Part shown: positions 8,532-18,035 of the stretch, piece by piece
Layout of the letters: each line of letters starts with the position of its first letter
Numbering within the stretch: the stretch's first letter is position 1
From: Candidatus Bathyarchaeota archaeon
GTDB taxonomy: Archaea; Thermoproteota; Bathyarchaeia; 40CM-2-53-6
Direction of reading: 5' to 3'
Length of the DNA: 64,000 nt
Assembly: GCA_963733055.1 (NCBI GenBank)
Contig: CAVTBR010000002.1
Span: 64,001 to 128,000, forward strand
The notes under the pieces: model-generated
What the model was told of the DNA's origin: nothing
The model's database searches: none
Seen by the model: only the letters and a program-made list of their open reading frames with translations
Made by a program: the position numbers and the translations under genes

Positions 8532-9077
8532 TTATTCTTCTGACTTGAATATCTCCGCAATCGTGGAGCCATTCGTATTGGTGGTGATTTCGCTGATCGG
8601 ATCTCCGGCCGCGACCTGTCCCTCCTTCAAGACGGCAAGGTAGAAACCGCTTCGTCCACTTAGCTGGAAACGTTTCACCATCTCCATCGAATTGAACTTC
8701 ATTCCAAGCTTGTAGCAAGGAAACCTTGGTTGGGTTACGATCAGTTCCGCGGATCCAAACTGAAAGGAGTCGCCCGTATGCACCGCCTCCTCAAGAAGCC
8801 CCTGAGTCGTCAGGTTTTCTCCAAACATTCCCAACGGTAAGTCAACGTGCAACTGATCTTCCCAATACTCGTAATGTTCGGAAGGATATGCGTATACTGC
8901 CTTCTCCTTGCCCCCGTGCACCGCAAGGTCAGCCTGTACGTCTCCCTGCAAACCAAGCGTTTCTACACGAAGTGGGCCTTTAACAGGGGTCTTGAATATG
9001 CCCGTGGAAAACTTTTGGCCCTGCCATTCTACAGCTCGAATTTGGCCCACGTTGACCGACACAACGCTAGCACACAT
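8532..9077 (-). CDS. MOSC-domain protein (YiiM-like)
   Basis: GDVQADLAVHGG, FGENL, TQPRFPCYKL and GFYLAVL motifs. Confidence 0.92.
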   Translation of the reverse strand: MCASVVSVNVGQIRAVEWQGQKFSTGIFKTPVKGPLRVETLGLQGDVQADLAVHGGKEKAVYAYPSEHYEYWEDQLHVDLPLGMFGENLTTQGLLEEAVHTGDSFQFGSAELIVTQPRFPCYKLGMKFNSMEMVKRFQLSGRSGFYLAVLKEGQVAAGDPISEITTNTNGSTIAEIFKSEE

Positions 9078-9099
9078 TCCATTGAAGCTCCTAGCCCAC

Positions 9100-10011
9100 T
9101 TAGGCGATGTACTCCGATCTTCGGATGAAGTTGTCGGATATCGCCCGTAAACTCTCCACTTGATCGGCGAGTGTCGTCATTCCGCTCGGGCTGGGGGTTA
9201 CGAGGACGGAGGATACGCCGAGTTTCGAAAGTTCTGAGATCGTGTTCTTGTTTTCCGGCATGTTTCCCGATAGGATTAGTCGGCGGTCCCCCTGAGGTCC
9301 CACGAATATTGTATCCTTGGTCTTGATATTAACCGGTATTCTGACGGCGATGGGTTTCTCCTTTCCGCCAGACAGGTTTCTGAATTGTGAGACGAGATCC
9401 TTGAACGTTGGCAGCGGGGTGACGTTTGGGTGCCATGCATCTCCGAGCGATATTGCTCGCTTCATCGCTGCTTTGCTGGCGCCCGCGATCCAGATTTCCA
9501 AATGATTCTTGATTGGCTTAGGCCGGAACACTGCACTGCTGATCTTGTGGGGGATGTTTCGGCCCTGAAAGTCGACGGTCCCTTCTTCAGCCCACAATTT
9601 CCGAGCGAGTTTGATGGACTCGTTTAGCCTCTTGCCTCGCGTGTGGAAATCTGAGCCAAGGTGGGCGAACTCTTTTTCATTCCACCCTGAACTAGTTGCA
9701 AGCATTACTCTCCCTCCGCTTAGGTGATCTACGCTCGCAAGTTGCTTGATGGCGACGACTGGATTTCGCATTGCCAAGATCAGGGAGGAGATGCCGAGCT
9801 TCACTGTGGTGGTGTGTGCCGCAAGGTACGCGAGTGAGGTTATGCTTTCCAAGATAGTCTCGTACGGTGTGCCGCTATTGAGGGGCATGAGAAGGTGGTC
9901 TGTTGTCCAAATTGACTCATAGCCCATCTTCTCCGCTTCAACCGCGACCGTTCGCATCGCGTCAACCGAGAATGTTTCGCCGTAGTTAGGTATGCAAACA
10001 CCAAACTTCAT
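9100..10011 (-). CDS. LLM-class flavin/F420-dependent oxidoreductase
   Basis: MKFGVCIPNYG, GYESIWTTDH and DHLSGGRV motifs of the luciferase-like fold. Confidence 0.9.
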   Translation of the reverse strand: MKFGVCIPNYGETFSVDAMRTVAVEAEKMGYESIWTTDHLLMPLNSGTPYETILESITSLAYLAAHTTTVKLGISSLILAMRNPVVAIKQLASVDHLSGGRVMLATSSGWNEKEFAHLGSDFHTRGKRLNESIKLARKLWAEEGTVDFQGRNIPHKISSAVFRPKPIKNHLEIWIAGASKAAMKRAISLGDAWHPNVTPLPTFKDLVSQFRNLSGGKEKPIAVRIPVNIKTKDTIFVGPQGDRRLILSGNMPENKNTISELSKLGVSSVLVTPSPSGMTTLADQVESLRAISDNFIRRSEYIA

Positions 10012-10075
10012 TCGAAAACCAGTTCCCCGGTTATGGGGAGAATTAGTAAACCTTACTCCGAAACCACGCTCGGGG

Positions 10076-10309
10076 CTAATCTTGGCGGTCAAGTTCTCCG
10101 CTAAGTTGAACTCTGGGTTGAGTACGCTTCGGTTTGCCGACTACGAACACTTTCACGCCGTCCACTCTCACTCTTGGCGCAAAACCAAGGTTCTCGCTTT
10201 CGTCAATTCGATTGGCTCGAATCCTGAGGCTGTATGCCAGATTTCTCGCGGCGTTCTCTGTGCCGCATTTCACTTTGAAGCCACGCAGAATGCCTCTCGC
10301 GACAAGCAT
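10076..10309 (-). CDS. Hypothetical protein (uncertain)
   Basis: Open frame filling the gap between co-oriented genes; no recognisable motif. Confidence 0.25.
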   Translation of the reverse strand: MLVARGILRGFKVKCGTENAARNLAYSLRIRANRIDESENLGFAPRVRVDGVKVFVVGKPKRTQPRVQLSGELDRQD

Positions 10310-10431
10310 GAGCTTTCGTTCCCTCTGACCGTATGCTACACGTTTGTCGAAGGTCCCCGGCCGGTATTCTCTGATTTTCTTGCTCCCTTGCCCCGCCGGC
10401 TTTCGGCGGCTTCTCCCCCTTCTTAAGTGTC

Positions 10432-10716
10432 TTAACGTAGACCCGTCCAAAGCATGACACCGAGTGCCGCCGTTTGAACCACCGTTATCGCCAATACAAT
10501 TCCCTCCACTCCAGCTGCGTAATACATGAACATAGATAGGAAGGAGTAGAGCGCGATCAGATTCTGGACGAGGAACAGCCCCGCGAAGAAAACCAAACCT
10601 AACGTGAATTGCGCACGCACTTTCCTAAAGCTGCTCAGGTAGATCCAAATCAACCCAATCAGCAATACCACATTCAGGAAGGAGAAGAAGGCAACTACCG
10701 CCATAGTTTCGTCCAA
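10432..10716 (-). CDS. Small three-TM archaeal membrane protein, usually partnered with a wHTH regulator
   Basis: NVVLLIGLIWIY...RAQFTLGLVFFAGLFLVQN pattern. Confidence 0.8.
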   Translation of the reverse strand: MDETMAVVAFFSFLNVVLLIGLIWIYLSSFRKVRAQFTLGLVFFAGLFLVQNLIALYSFLSMFMYYAAGVEGIVLAITVVQTAALGVMLWTGLR

Positions 10717-11118
10717 ATCAATTCAACCCATTCAGATAAATCAAATCAATGAGGTCAATAAGTGATACGACAAGAAATCGTAGCACTGGGAGGCGTGAAC
10801 TCCATTAGCTAACGCTGTTCAACTCCAATTCACGTTGACTCAGATTAGACGGGGCTTCGTGCAACTTACTTCTAACCCTTTTCATGAGAATCTCGATGAC
10901 CTTCGGCCCAACTACTTCCTTGAGCACGTTCTCCAACGAGTTGCAGTGTTCGCACGTATTTTCACAGTTCTTCGCATGGGCGAGTTATCTAGGTTCCCCC
11001 AATTTTAGCCCTAATTCCTGCCCTTAGCTCGAATTGTTCCACCAGTGTATTCAGTTCTCGTAAGCTCGGTTGTTACCAAACGTTGCTGTTGGAGGTTACA
11101 CAGAGCCTATGGCGCACG

Positions 11119-11150
11119 TATTCCATGATTCCATTAAGGCGTGATTCCAT
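11119..11150 (+). promoter_or_regulatory. Phased ATTCCAT repeats, candidate AbrB operator
   Basis: TATTCCAT-GATTCCAT-N8-GATTCCAT; the last copy overlaps the AbrB ATG. Confidence 0.4.
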
Positions 11151-11310
11151 GGAGGTCGTGGGTAAGTCGACTGTTACGGGAAAGTATCAATTGACGCTCC
11201 CGAAATTTGTGAGAGAGTTCCTCGGGGCCGACAACGGTGATCTGATTGTGTTCATCAAAGACCACGATAGGATTCTGGTGAAGCGAGGCACGGTGAAGAT
11301 CGAAGAATGA
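11149..11310 (+). CDS. AbrB/MazE/SpoVT-family DNA-binding protein
   Basis: STVTGKYQLTLPKFVREFLGADNGDLIVF swapped-hairpin motif. Confidence 0.88.
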   Translation: MEVVGKSTVTGKYQLTLPKFVREFLGADNGDLIVFIKDHDRILVKRGTVKIEE

Positions 11311-11358
11311 ATCCTTCGCAAGCTGACGCATGGAAGCCTTCAAAATCCGCTGGTTGAA

Positions 11359-11709
11359 TTGCGACAACCACAACTCGGCTTAGAGGTCAACAATGCTTTG
11401 GTTGAATCCATAGACGAAACCATTACGGCAGTACTTAGCCGAGCCGTGGTTGATGCCCTATATACTCATCTGCAGACATTTCACTCTGTCTCGAGAGATC
11501 AAGTGCCTTACAGACTTGACACTCTACTCACTACTCTAGAGAAGACTTTTGGCGTTCCCAGTTCACTGGTCATATCCAAATCCATCGCAAGGAAATTCTA
11601 CTTTAAGTTAGGACTTGAATTTACAGCGGATCCGCATCGCACTCTGCTCGAATACGTTGACGAAGCGAAAATTGAAGCTGCAAATGTAATGATCGAAGTA
11701 ATTTGGTGA
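11359..11709 (+). CDS. DUF3227/NitrOD5-like archaeal signalling-associated protein
   Basis: LVESIDETITAVL...LYTHL...LEKTFG...IARKFYFKLGL...LLEYV pattern; precedes a histidine kinase. Confidence 0.6.
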   Translation: MRQPQLGLEVNNALVESIDETITAVLSRAVVDALYTHLQTFHSVSRDQVPYRLDTLLTTLEKTFGVPSSLVISKSIARKFYFKLGLEFTADPHRTLLEYVDEAKIEAANVMIEVIW

Positions 11710-14546
11710 ATGCGTTGACCAGGAAAAAGAGGGTGAAAGTGAGGAAACGAAACCTAACGAAGGGCGGGTCAATTAAGGCGCACCGGTCGCTACGGAAAAC
11801 TGTACAGAAGCACACAACTGAACGCACTAGGCATGAAGAGGAGCTGGAGAGTATAGCGAGACTTCTCTCCGAGAGTCCTAGTCTTGTGTTCAGGCTGAAC
11901 GGCAATGGGACAATTCTCTACGCCAATCAAGCCAGCAACGCGTTACTGCAAATATGGAGGTGCAAGGTTGGAGACATATGCCCCAAGTTCTGGCAGGACT
12001 TGGTCAAAGAGTTACTCACGCACCATACCAGTAGACTAGTTGATATCGACATTCAGGAACGAACTTACTCATTTCAATTGGTACCCGTTCCGGTCGCTGG
12101 CTACGTCAATGCATATGGAAGGAACATCACGGAACGCAAACAGATGGAGGAGAAGCTAATCGAAAGCGAGGAGAAGTATCGGGCGTTAGTTGAGAATTCG
12201 CCAAACCTGATCGGTATTTTTCAGGATGGAAGACTGAAGTACGTCAACAGTGCCACAACCATCAGGATAGGTTGGACTTACGAAGAGCTCGTATCGCCCT
12301 CATTTGACCCAATGGAGAAAGCCGTGTCGCAGAAATCTAGGAGTTTGCTTAAGGAAAACGTTTCCAAGAGACTACGCGGCGAAGACGCCGGTAGTTATGA
12401 GATAAGTCTGATCAGGAAAGACGGTTCAGAAGTCCCGGTCTTGGTTAGGGGAGCGAAAATCACTTACGAAGGAAAGCCCGCAATCCAATTCTCATTCGGA
12501 GACATAACCGAACGCAAACGAATGGAAGATGCGTTGACGCATGAACGAACCATATTGCGTACGCTGATAGACAACCTCCCCGACAACATTTTTGTCAAAA
12601 ACACTGAGAGTAGATTTGTGATTTGCAACCTTGCGGATGCCCGCCTCTTGCGAGCCAAGACACCGGACGATGTGATTGGGAAGACGGACTTCGAGTTTTT
12701 TCCGCGAGAACTGGCAACAAGCTACTACGACGACGAACAGGAGGTAATACGTTCAGGACAGCCTCTCCTTAACAGAGAAGAACGCACGATAGACCCAGAC
12801 GGCAAAACACGATGGCTCCTGACAACTAAGGTACCATTGCGCGACGATAACGGAAAGGTCATCGGTCTTGCAGGTATAAACCGCGACATCACCGAACGTA
12901 AACGGTTGGAAGAAGAATTGAAGAACTATTCGCTGCACCTCGAGGAGTTGGTGGCTCAAAGAACGAGAGAACTACGGGAAAGCGAGGAGAAGTATCGCGA
13001 GCTGTTCGAAGCCTCCCCGGTATCGCTGTGGGAGGACGACCTCTCTGAAATGAAACAGTTCTTAGATGAATTACGCCAAGGAGGGATTTCGGATTTCGAC
13101 GCATACTTCGCCACCCACCCAGAGGATCTCGCCAAATGCGCTGCACTGGTGAGAGTCGTCAATGTGAACAAGGCTACGTTGGATCTCTACGGCGCGAAGT
13201 CGGTGGACGAGATTATTGGAGGCAAACGAGCAAGACGCCTCTTCTCAGAATCGAGTCAAGAATTTGTGGGGGATATAGTTGCTTTGGCTCAAGGCAAGCA
13301 GCACTATGAAGCAGAGATCGAAAATAGAAGTTTGCTCGGGGAAATGAAGCATTGGAATCTGATATGTGCTGTAGTTCCCGGTTACGAGCAATCACTTGCT
13401 AAGGTTCTGTATTGCTTGGTCGATTTGACTCCCCAGAAGAAGTTGGAGCAAGAACTTCGAGCGTCCAGAGAACAGCTTGAGTATGTTGTTGCATCGAACC
13501 CCGCGGTGCTCGTTCTTGAAAAACCTCTCCCTGACCTCTCCAACACATTTTCGGCGTTTGTGAGTGAAAGCACTAAATCTATATTCGGATTCGAGTCGAA
13601 GAACTTTCTAGGCAAGTCTGGGTCAGAATTCTTCAACAGTCGAGTACCTCCTGATGATCTGGCCAAATATTTGGCGGAGGTCCCGTTGCTCTGGAGAGAT
13701 GGGCATCATACGTTCGAGTTCAGGTTTCTTCACCGGGACGGAGGATACCGCTGGTTCCGCGAGGAAATGAAAGTCACTCGTGACGCCGAAGGACACGTTC
13801 TGGACGTGCTGGGCGTGTGCATCGATGTAACCGAACGAAAGAAGCTGGAGGAAAAGCTTGTAAAAGCCGAAAGACTTGCCGTCATCGGCGAGACTGCGGC
13901 AATGGTTGGTCATGACCTTCGTAACCCATTGCAGGGAATAATAGGAGCTCTACACCTCTTGAAACAAGAGTCATTGACGACGGAGGAGCGAAACGAAATG
14001 CTGCAAGTAATTGAGAAGAGCGTCCATTATTCTGACGCTATCGTAAAAGACCTCCTGGACTACTCGGCGGAGATCAAATTGAAACGGGCGGAGGCAACGC
14101 CGAAGTCCATTACAAGGGATGCATTAGGAGCCGTCAGCATTCCAAGGAATGTCATGGTACAGGATTTGTCCGAAGACCAACCGGCACTGAGCGTTGACCC
14201 AGACATGATGAAGAGGGTGTTCATCAACCTCATCCAGAACGCAATCGACGCCATGCCACAAGGCGGCACCCTCACCATAAACAGCAAGAAATCCAATGGG
14301 AATGTCGAAATCGCCTTGGCAGATACTGGGTCCGGTATGGCGGAAAAAATTATGGCGAATCTCTGGAAGCCACTCCAAACGACAAAGGCGAAGGGAATGG
14401 GTTTAGGGTTGGCGATCTGCAAACGTATTGTGGATGCTCATGGAGGAAGTATGTCAGTGAAAAGTGAAGGTGGACGGGGGGCGTCTTTTGCAATACAACT
14501 TCCCCTCAGGCCTGAGGAGGTTAAGCTGGAGGTTAGTCCGGAATGA
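11703..14546 (+). CDS. Cytoplasmic multi-PAS sensor histidine kinase
   Basis: Five PAS/PAC units ending in DITERK-like motifs, H-box GHDLRNPL, N/G1/G2 boxes, no TM segment. Confidence 0.95.
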   Translation: MVNALTRKKRVKVRKRNLTKGGSIKAHRSLRKTVQKHTTERTRHEEELESIARLLSESPSLVFRLNGNGTILYANQASNALLQIWRCKVGDICPKFWQDLVKELLTHHTSRLVDIDIQERTYSFQLVPVPVAGYVNAYGRNITERKQMEEKLIESEEKYRALVENSPNLIGIFQDGRLKYVNSATTIRIGWTYEELVSPSFDPMEKAVSQKSRSLLKENVSKRLRGEDAGSYEISLIRKDGSEVPVLVRGAKITYEGKPAIQFSFGDITERKRMEDALTHERTILRTLIDNLPDNIFVKNTESRFVICNLADARLLRAKTPDDVIGKTDFEFFPRELATSYYDDEQEVIRSGQPLLNREERTIDPDGKTRWLLTTKVPLRDDNGKVIGLAGINRDITERKRLEEELKNYSLHLEELVAQRTRELRESEEKYRELFEASPVSLWEDDLSEMKQFLDELRQGGISDFDAYFATHPEDLAKCAALVRVVNVNKATLDLYGAKSVDEIIGGKRARRLFSESSQEFVGDIVALAQGKQHYEAEIENRSLLGEMKHWNLICAVVPGYEQSLAKVLYCLVDLTPQKKLEQELRASREQLEYVVASNPAVLVLEKPLPDLSNTFSAFVSESTKSIFGFESKNFLGKSGSEFFNSRVPPDDLAKYLAEVPLLWRDGHHTFEFRFLHRDGGYRWFREEMKVTRDAEGHVLDVLGVCIDVTERKKLEEKLVKAERLAVIGETAAMVGHDLRNPLQGIIGALHLLKQESLTTEERNEMLQVIEKSVHYSDAIVKDLLDYSAEIKLKRAEATPKSITRDALGAVSIPRNVMVQDLSEDQPALSVDPDMMKRVFINLIQNAIDAMPQGGTLTINSKKSNGNVEIALADTGSGMAEKIMANLWKPLQTTKAKGMGLGLAICKRIVDAHGGSMSVKSEGGRGASFAIQLPLRPEEVKLEVSPE

Positions 14547-15022
14547 GCGAATCAGCCAGAATCTTAGTGATCGATGACGACGAAAACATTAGGAAAACCG
14601 TTTCAATGACCTTGAAGCATGCAGGCTATTCCGTGGACACAGCAGAAAACGGGAAACAGGCCATCGAGAAGTCCGAGGCAAACTTCTACAATCTCGCTCT
14701 GATAGACATTCGCCTCCCAGACATGGATGGCACCGAACTCTTAACGGGTCTGAGAGAAACAACTCCAAGAATGGTCAAGATCATACTCACCGGTTACCCA
14801 GCCCTACAAAACACAGTTAAAGCCATCAACAAAGGCGTCGACGGCTACTTGATCAAACCAGTGAACAGCGAGGAACTGCTGAGGCTCATCAAGGAGAACC
14901 TCGATAAACAGAAACGTGAGAGCGAATACAGCCAAGAAAAGTTAACTCAATTCATAGAAACACGTTTAAAGAAATTAGGTGCAGAAGAAGGTGACCCCTC
15001 AAAGACGACAAAGAAAGAGTGA
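14543..15022 (+). CDS. Response regulator (stand-alone REC with helical tail)
   Basis: ILVIDDD, LIDIRLPD, LTG and IKP motifs; 4-nt overlap with the kinase. Confidence 0.95.
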   Translation: MSESARILVIDDDENIRKTVSMTLKHAGYSVDTAENGKQAIEKSEANFYNLALIDIRLPDMDGTELLTGLRETTPRMVKIILTGYPALQNTVKAINKGVDGYLIKPVNSEELLRLIKENLDKQKRESEYSQEKLTQFIETRLKKLGAEEGDPSKTTKKE

Positions 15023-15059
15023 CATACAACGTCGCGTAACTCCAAAAGAAATCCTGAAT

Positions 15060-15368
15060 TCAATTAGATGGGCTGGATTCTTGCTTAATTTTCATCCAAA
15101 TCCGAAGGAATTCATCATAATTCTGTTCTAGGTCAGGTGAAACGAAGTACATAGCGCCGTAACCTTCACCGGCTCCTACAATTAGATGATTCTTCTGGAG
15201 TACATGCAGGTGATGCTTCACGGTCTTGTAATCCATGCCGAGATGGGTTGCAATTTGATTCGCATTCATAGGGTTCTCCTTGACGGCCACGACTAATCTG
15301 GCGCGGTTTGGCCCTCCTCGACTCCCGGTGAAGACCCACCAAATGAGTCGCCTAACCGCGCTTGACAA
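15060..15368 (-). CDS. ArsR-like winged-helix transcriptional regulator
   Basis: WWVFTGSRGGPNRARL...PMNANQIA...DYKTVKHHL...YGAMYF. Confidence 0.9.
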   Translation of the reverse strand: MSSAVRRLIWWVFTGSRGGPNRARLVVAVKENPMNANQIATHLGMDYKTVKHHLHVLQKNHLIVGAGEGYGAMYFVSPDLEQNYDEFLRIWMKIKQESSPSN

Positions 15369-15863
15369 ATCGCACCTTCCACCTCAACAGAAAGTGAATT
15401 ACTCCGACGAATCACGTTGTTTAACATCGCCTAATATCAGATTCGGCTTTGAAACAGGTGACATTTGGTTTACACACCGGTAAACCTCTAAAACTTGCTA
15501 AGAACTCGCCATTCCTAGATGGCCAATGATTATGCAGTTCGTCGGCACTTATGTTTGTCCAGCGTGTGAACAATTCCTCAAGAATAGGCGAGAGCTTGAT
15601 GATCGGACTGAGTTTTCTGCGTAGCTAATGCAGACCTCTGGAAAAGGAGCGCTAAAGAACGACAGATTCACCTCGTCATCGTATTTGGGCATAAATTGGG
15701 CGTTATCTTGGTCTATCGCTATATCGAGTTTCCATGCCCTCTACTCTCGAAGAGCATTGATTTCACGAAGAATCATCTGCAACGCAGAGAATCCCGTCAT
15801 TTTGAGCATTATGTTTCCTGAACCTTTTTCAACGTGCGCATTCACAGATATGAAGGGAACGAC

Positions 15864-17471
15864 TTGAGTTCTGTTCATTCAACCAAACGATGTTTTCTGA
15901 TAGGCCTATTCGCCGGGGCAATTGCAACTCTCGTATTCTATGTGGGCACTGAACTTCTTGGCTTACCGTACCCGCCCGAAGCGATTTTCCAAGTGCTAAT
16001 CAACCCCGTGCCAGGGTCAATCCAATCAGTTGTCGTCGACAATCTTCGCCAATACGCGAAATACGGCGCCCTGACCTTCGCCTCGGTCATCTTCGTAATC
16101 GTATACGGTGCAATCGGAATTCTAATCGGACTACTCTCGAGGCGCAAGATTTCCAAATGGGGGCTGGTTGGCATAGGAACTGTAATCACAACCGCTCTTA
16201 GCCTAGGCCTCGAAGCTGGATTCGCTTCGAGCGTATCAGTGCTCGCCTCTACAACAGGCATGGCGCTTGTCGCCGCGCTTGCAGTTGTGATCAACCTTGG
16301 GTTTGCCGCTTTCGTAGTCTCGAGCTTGAAGATTGGCCTTCCCGCCGTGGCACAACCAACTGTTAGATTGGCCCCCGAACGCCGCAAACTGTTAAAACGG
16401 GTGGGGTTGGGCGCGTTGGCGATAGCAATCGTATACTTTGCTGCCAGAGTGGGGCTATCACTGTTTTCGGGCCAACCCGTTATCCAAAGCAACACTCCGA
16501 TCCCAGTCAACAGCGCACAAACCACTATGAGCCCGACCGGGAGTGTGACGGGAGCAGCCGATATCTTCAGCGACCCGCGCATTGCCAACCTAATCGCTTC
16601 CGAGGTCACCGATACGCGAATTTTCTACCGCGTTGATATCGATCCATTCCCGCCGCAACTCGACTTCAATACGTGGACGCTGAATGTCACTGGAAAAGTG
16701 AACAAAGCACTCACAATATCGAAGAACGACCTTCTAGCCATGCCAACCAAGGATCAGTACGCAACCCTGGAATGCGTGAGCAACACTGTCAATCCCGCCG
16801 GTGCTCTGATTAGCAACGCAAAATGGACTGGGGTGCCTCTCGCAACAATTCTGAACCAAGCGGGCCTCAACTCCGACGCGGTCTACGTTGTCTTCCACTG
16901 TGCCGAAGGGTATTCGGTGGGTATACCTATGCAAAGGGCGCTTGAGCCCGGCGCGTTACTAGCGTACAAGATGAACGACGAACTACTCCCAACGGAACAT
17001 GGTTCTCCGCTGCGTGCGATCATACCCGGTCTGTATGGGATGATGAATGCTAAGTGGATCACTGGAATCGAGGTGTCGGACAACGTGTACCTCGGATACT
17101 GGCAAGAACGTGGTTGGACTAATGATGCCCAAATACACACAACCTCAATCCTCTACTACCCAGGGGATGGAGCCCAAGTTAACGGGTCGTTACCAATCGC
17201 GGGCGTGGCCTTCGCTGGGGACAGAGGCATCAGCAAGGTCGAGGTTAGCACCGACGGCGGATCCACCTGGAACCTGGCCGAATTGAAAGCACCCAAGTCA
17301 CCATATTCCTGGGTCTTATGGGCGTACAGTTGGACTCCAATGACAAAGGGAACCCAAACCATTACCGCTAGAGCAACCGATGGCACCGGACAGGTACAGG
17401 ATTCTACTAATGCGCAATCATTTCCCAACGGCGCGACCGGTTATAACTCGATCCAGGTCAACGTCACCTAG
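15864..17471 (+). CDS. Membrane-anchored sulfite-oxidase-family molybdopterin oxidoreductase
   Basis: FYRVD, TLECVSN (Mo-ligating Cys), EHGSPLR, PGLYGMMNAKW, KVEVSTDGG; N-terminal TM helices. Confidence 0.92.
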   Translation: MSSVHSTKRCFLIGLFAGAIATLVFYVGTELLGLPYPPEAIFQVLINPVPGSIQSVVVDNLRQYAKYGALTFASVIFVIVYGAIGILIGLLSRRKISKWGLVGIGTVITTALSLGLEAGFASSVSVLASTTGMALVAALAVVINLGFAAFVVSSLKIGLPAVAQPTVRLAPERRKLLKRVGLGALAIAIVYFAARVGLSLFSGQPVIQSNTPIPVNSAQTTMSPTGSVTGAADIFSDPRIANLIASEVTDTRIFYRVDIDPFPPQLDFNTWTLNVTGKVNKALTISKNDLLAMPTKDQYATLECVSNTVNPAGALISNAKWTGVPLATILNQAGLNSDAVYVVFHCAEGYSVGIPMQRALEPGALLAYKMNDELLPTEHGSPLRAIIPGLYGMMNAKWITGIEVSDNVYLGYWQERGWTNDAQIHTTSILYYPGDGAQVNGSLPIAGVAFAGDRGISKVEVSTDGGSTWNLAELKAPKSPYSWVLWAYSWTPMTKGTQTITARATDGTGQVQDSTNAQSFPNGATGYNSIQVNVT

Positions 17472-17658
17472 CGGTGCCCCAGCAAACCATCTAGGGCATG
17501 TCGACTTAGGTCATTTGAGGTGGTTCATTCTATCTATTCGCAGGTTTTTGCTATAATACTGTGAAAGAACACCGTTGATTCCGCTGGATATTGATTCCAC
17601 GGCAGCGTAAATCAACATATTACCTACCCATAGTTAGGCCAACGATCCGGAGGCTAAG

Positions 17659-17871
17659 ATTATCACGGTTACCGAGAAACTTCAACAACAGAAACGGTTC
17701 TTCTGCGAGAATTGCAAGCGCGAGGTCTTCCTAGAAAGCAAGTACTGCGACAAGTGCGGAGGAGAGATCCAGTGGCCAGAACAGATCAACAAAGTCCTCT
17801 CCTCGTGGACCAAGCAAACAAAGACTCGCAAGTTTTCCTTATTCAGTTTTCCAAAACGTCAAAAGTCCTAG
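17659..17871 (+). CDS. Small zinc-ribbon protein, no canonical start codon
   Basis: Hand translation IITVTEKLQQQKRFFCENCKREVFLESKYCDKCGGEIQWPE...; CxxC-x10-CxxC; GGAGG just upstream. Confidence 0.6.
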   Translation: MITVTEKLQQQKRFFCENCKREVFLESKYCDKCGGEIQWPEQINKVLSSWTKQTKTRKFSLFSFPKRQKS

Positions 17872-18035
17872 GCAATCGGAGCGCCCCGATAACTTGGGGC
17901 ACGCGATTTGATTATGCTACTCACGTGCTGCTAGCCTCAAATTGGGGCCTGGCCGATTTGGTCGAGAACGATGATCCGACAGGCCCAATTCCGGGTTTGA
18001 CAAAGTTTATTCAAGCCGCGGGCAACTAGCGTCCG

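Noticed and set aside
15526-15624. Micro-ORF MIMQFVGTYVCPACEQFLKNRRELDDRTEFSA resembling a C2H2 finger
   Set aside because: Lacks the His ligands; too short to support
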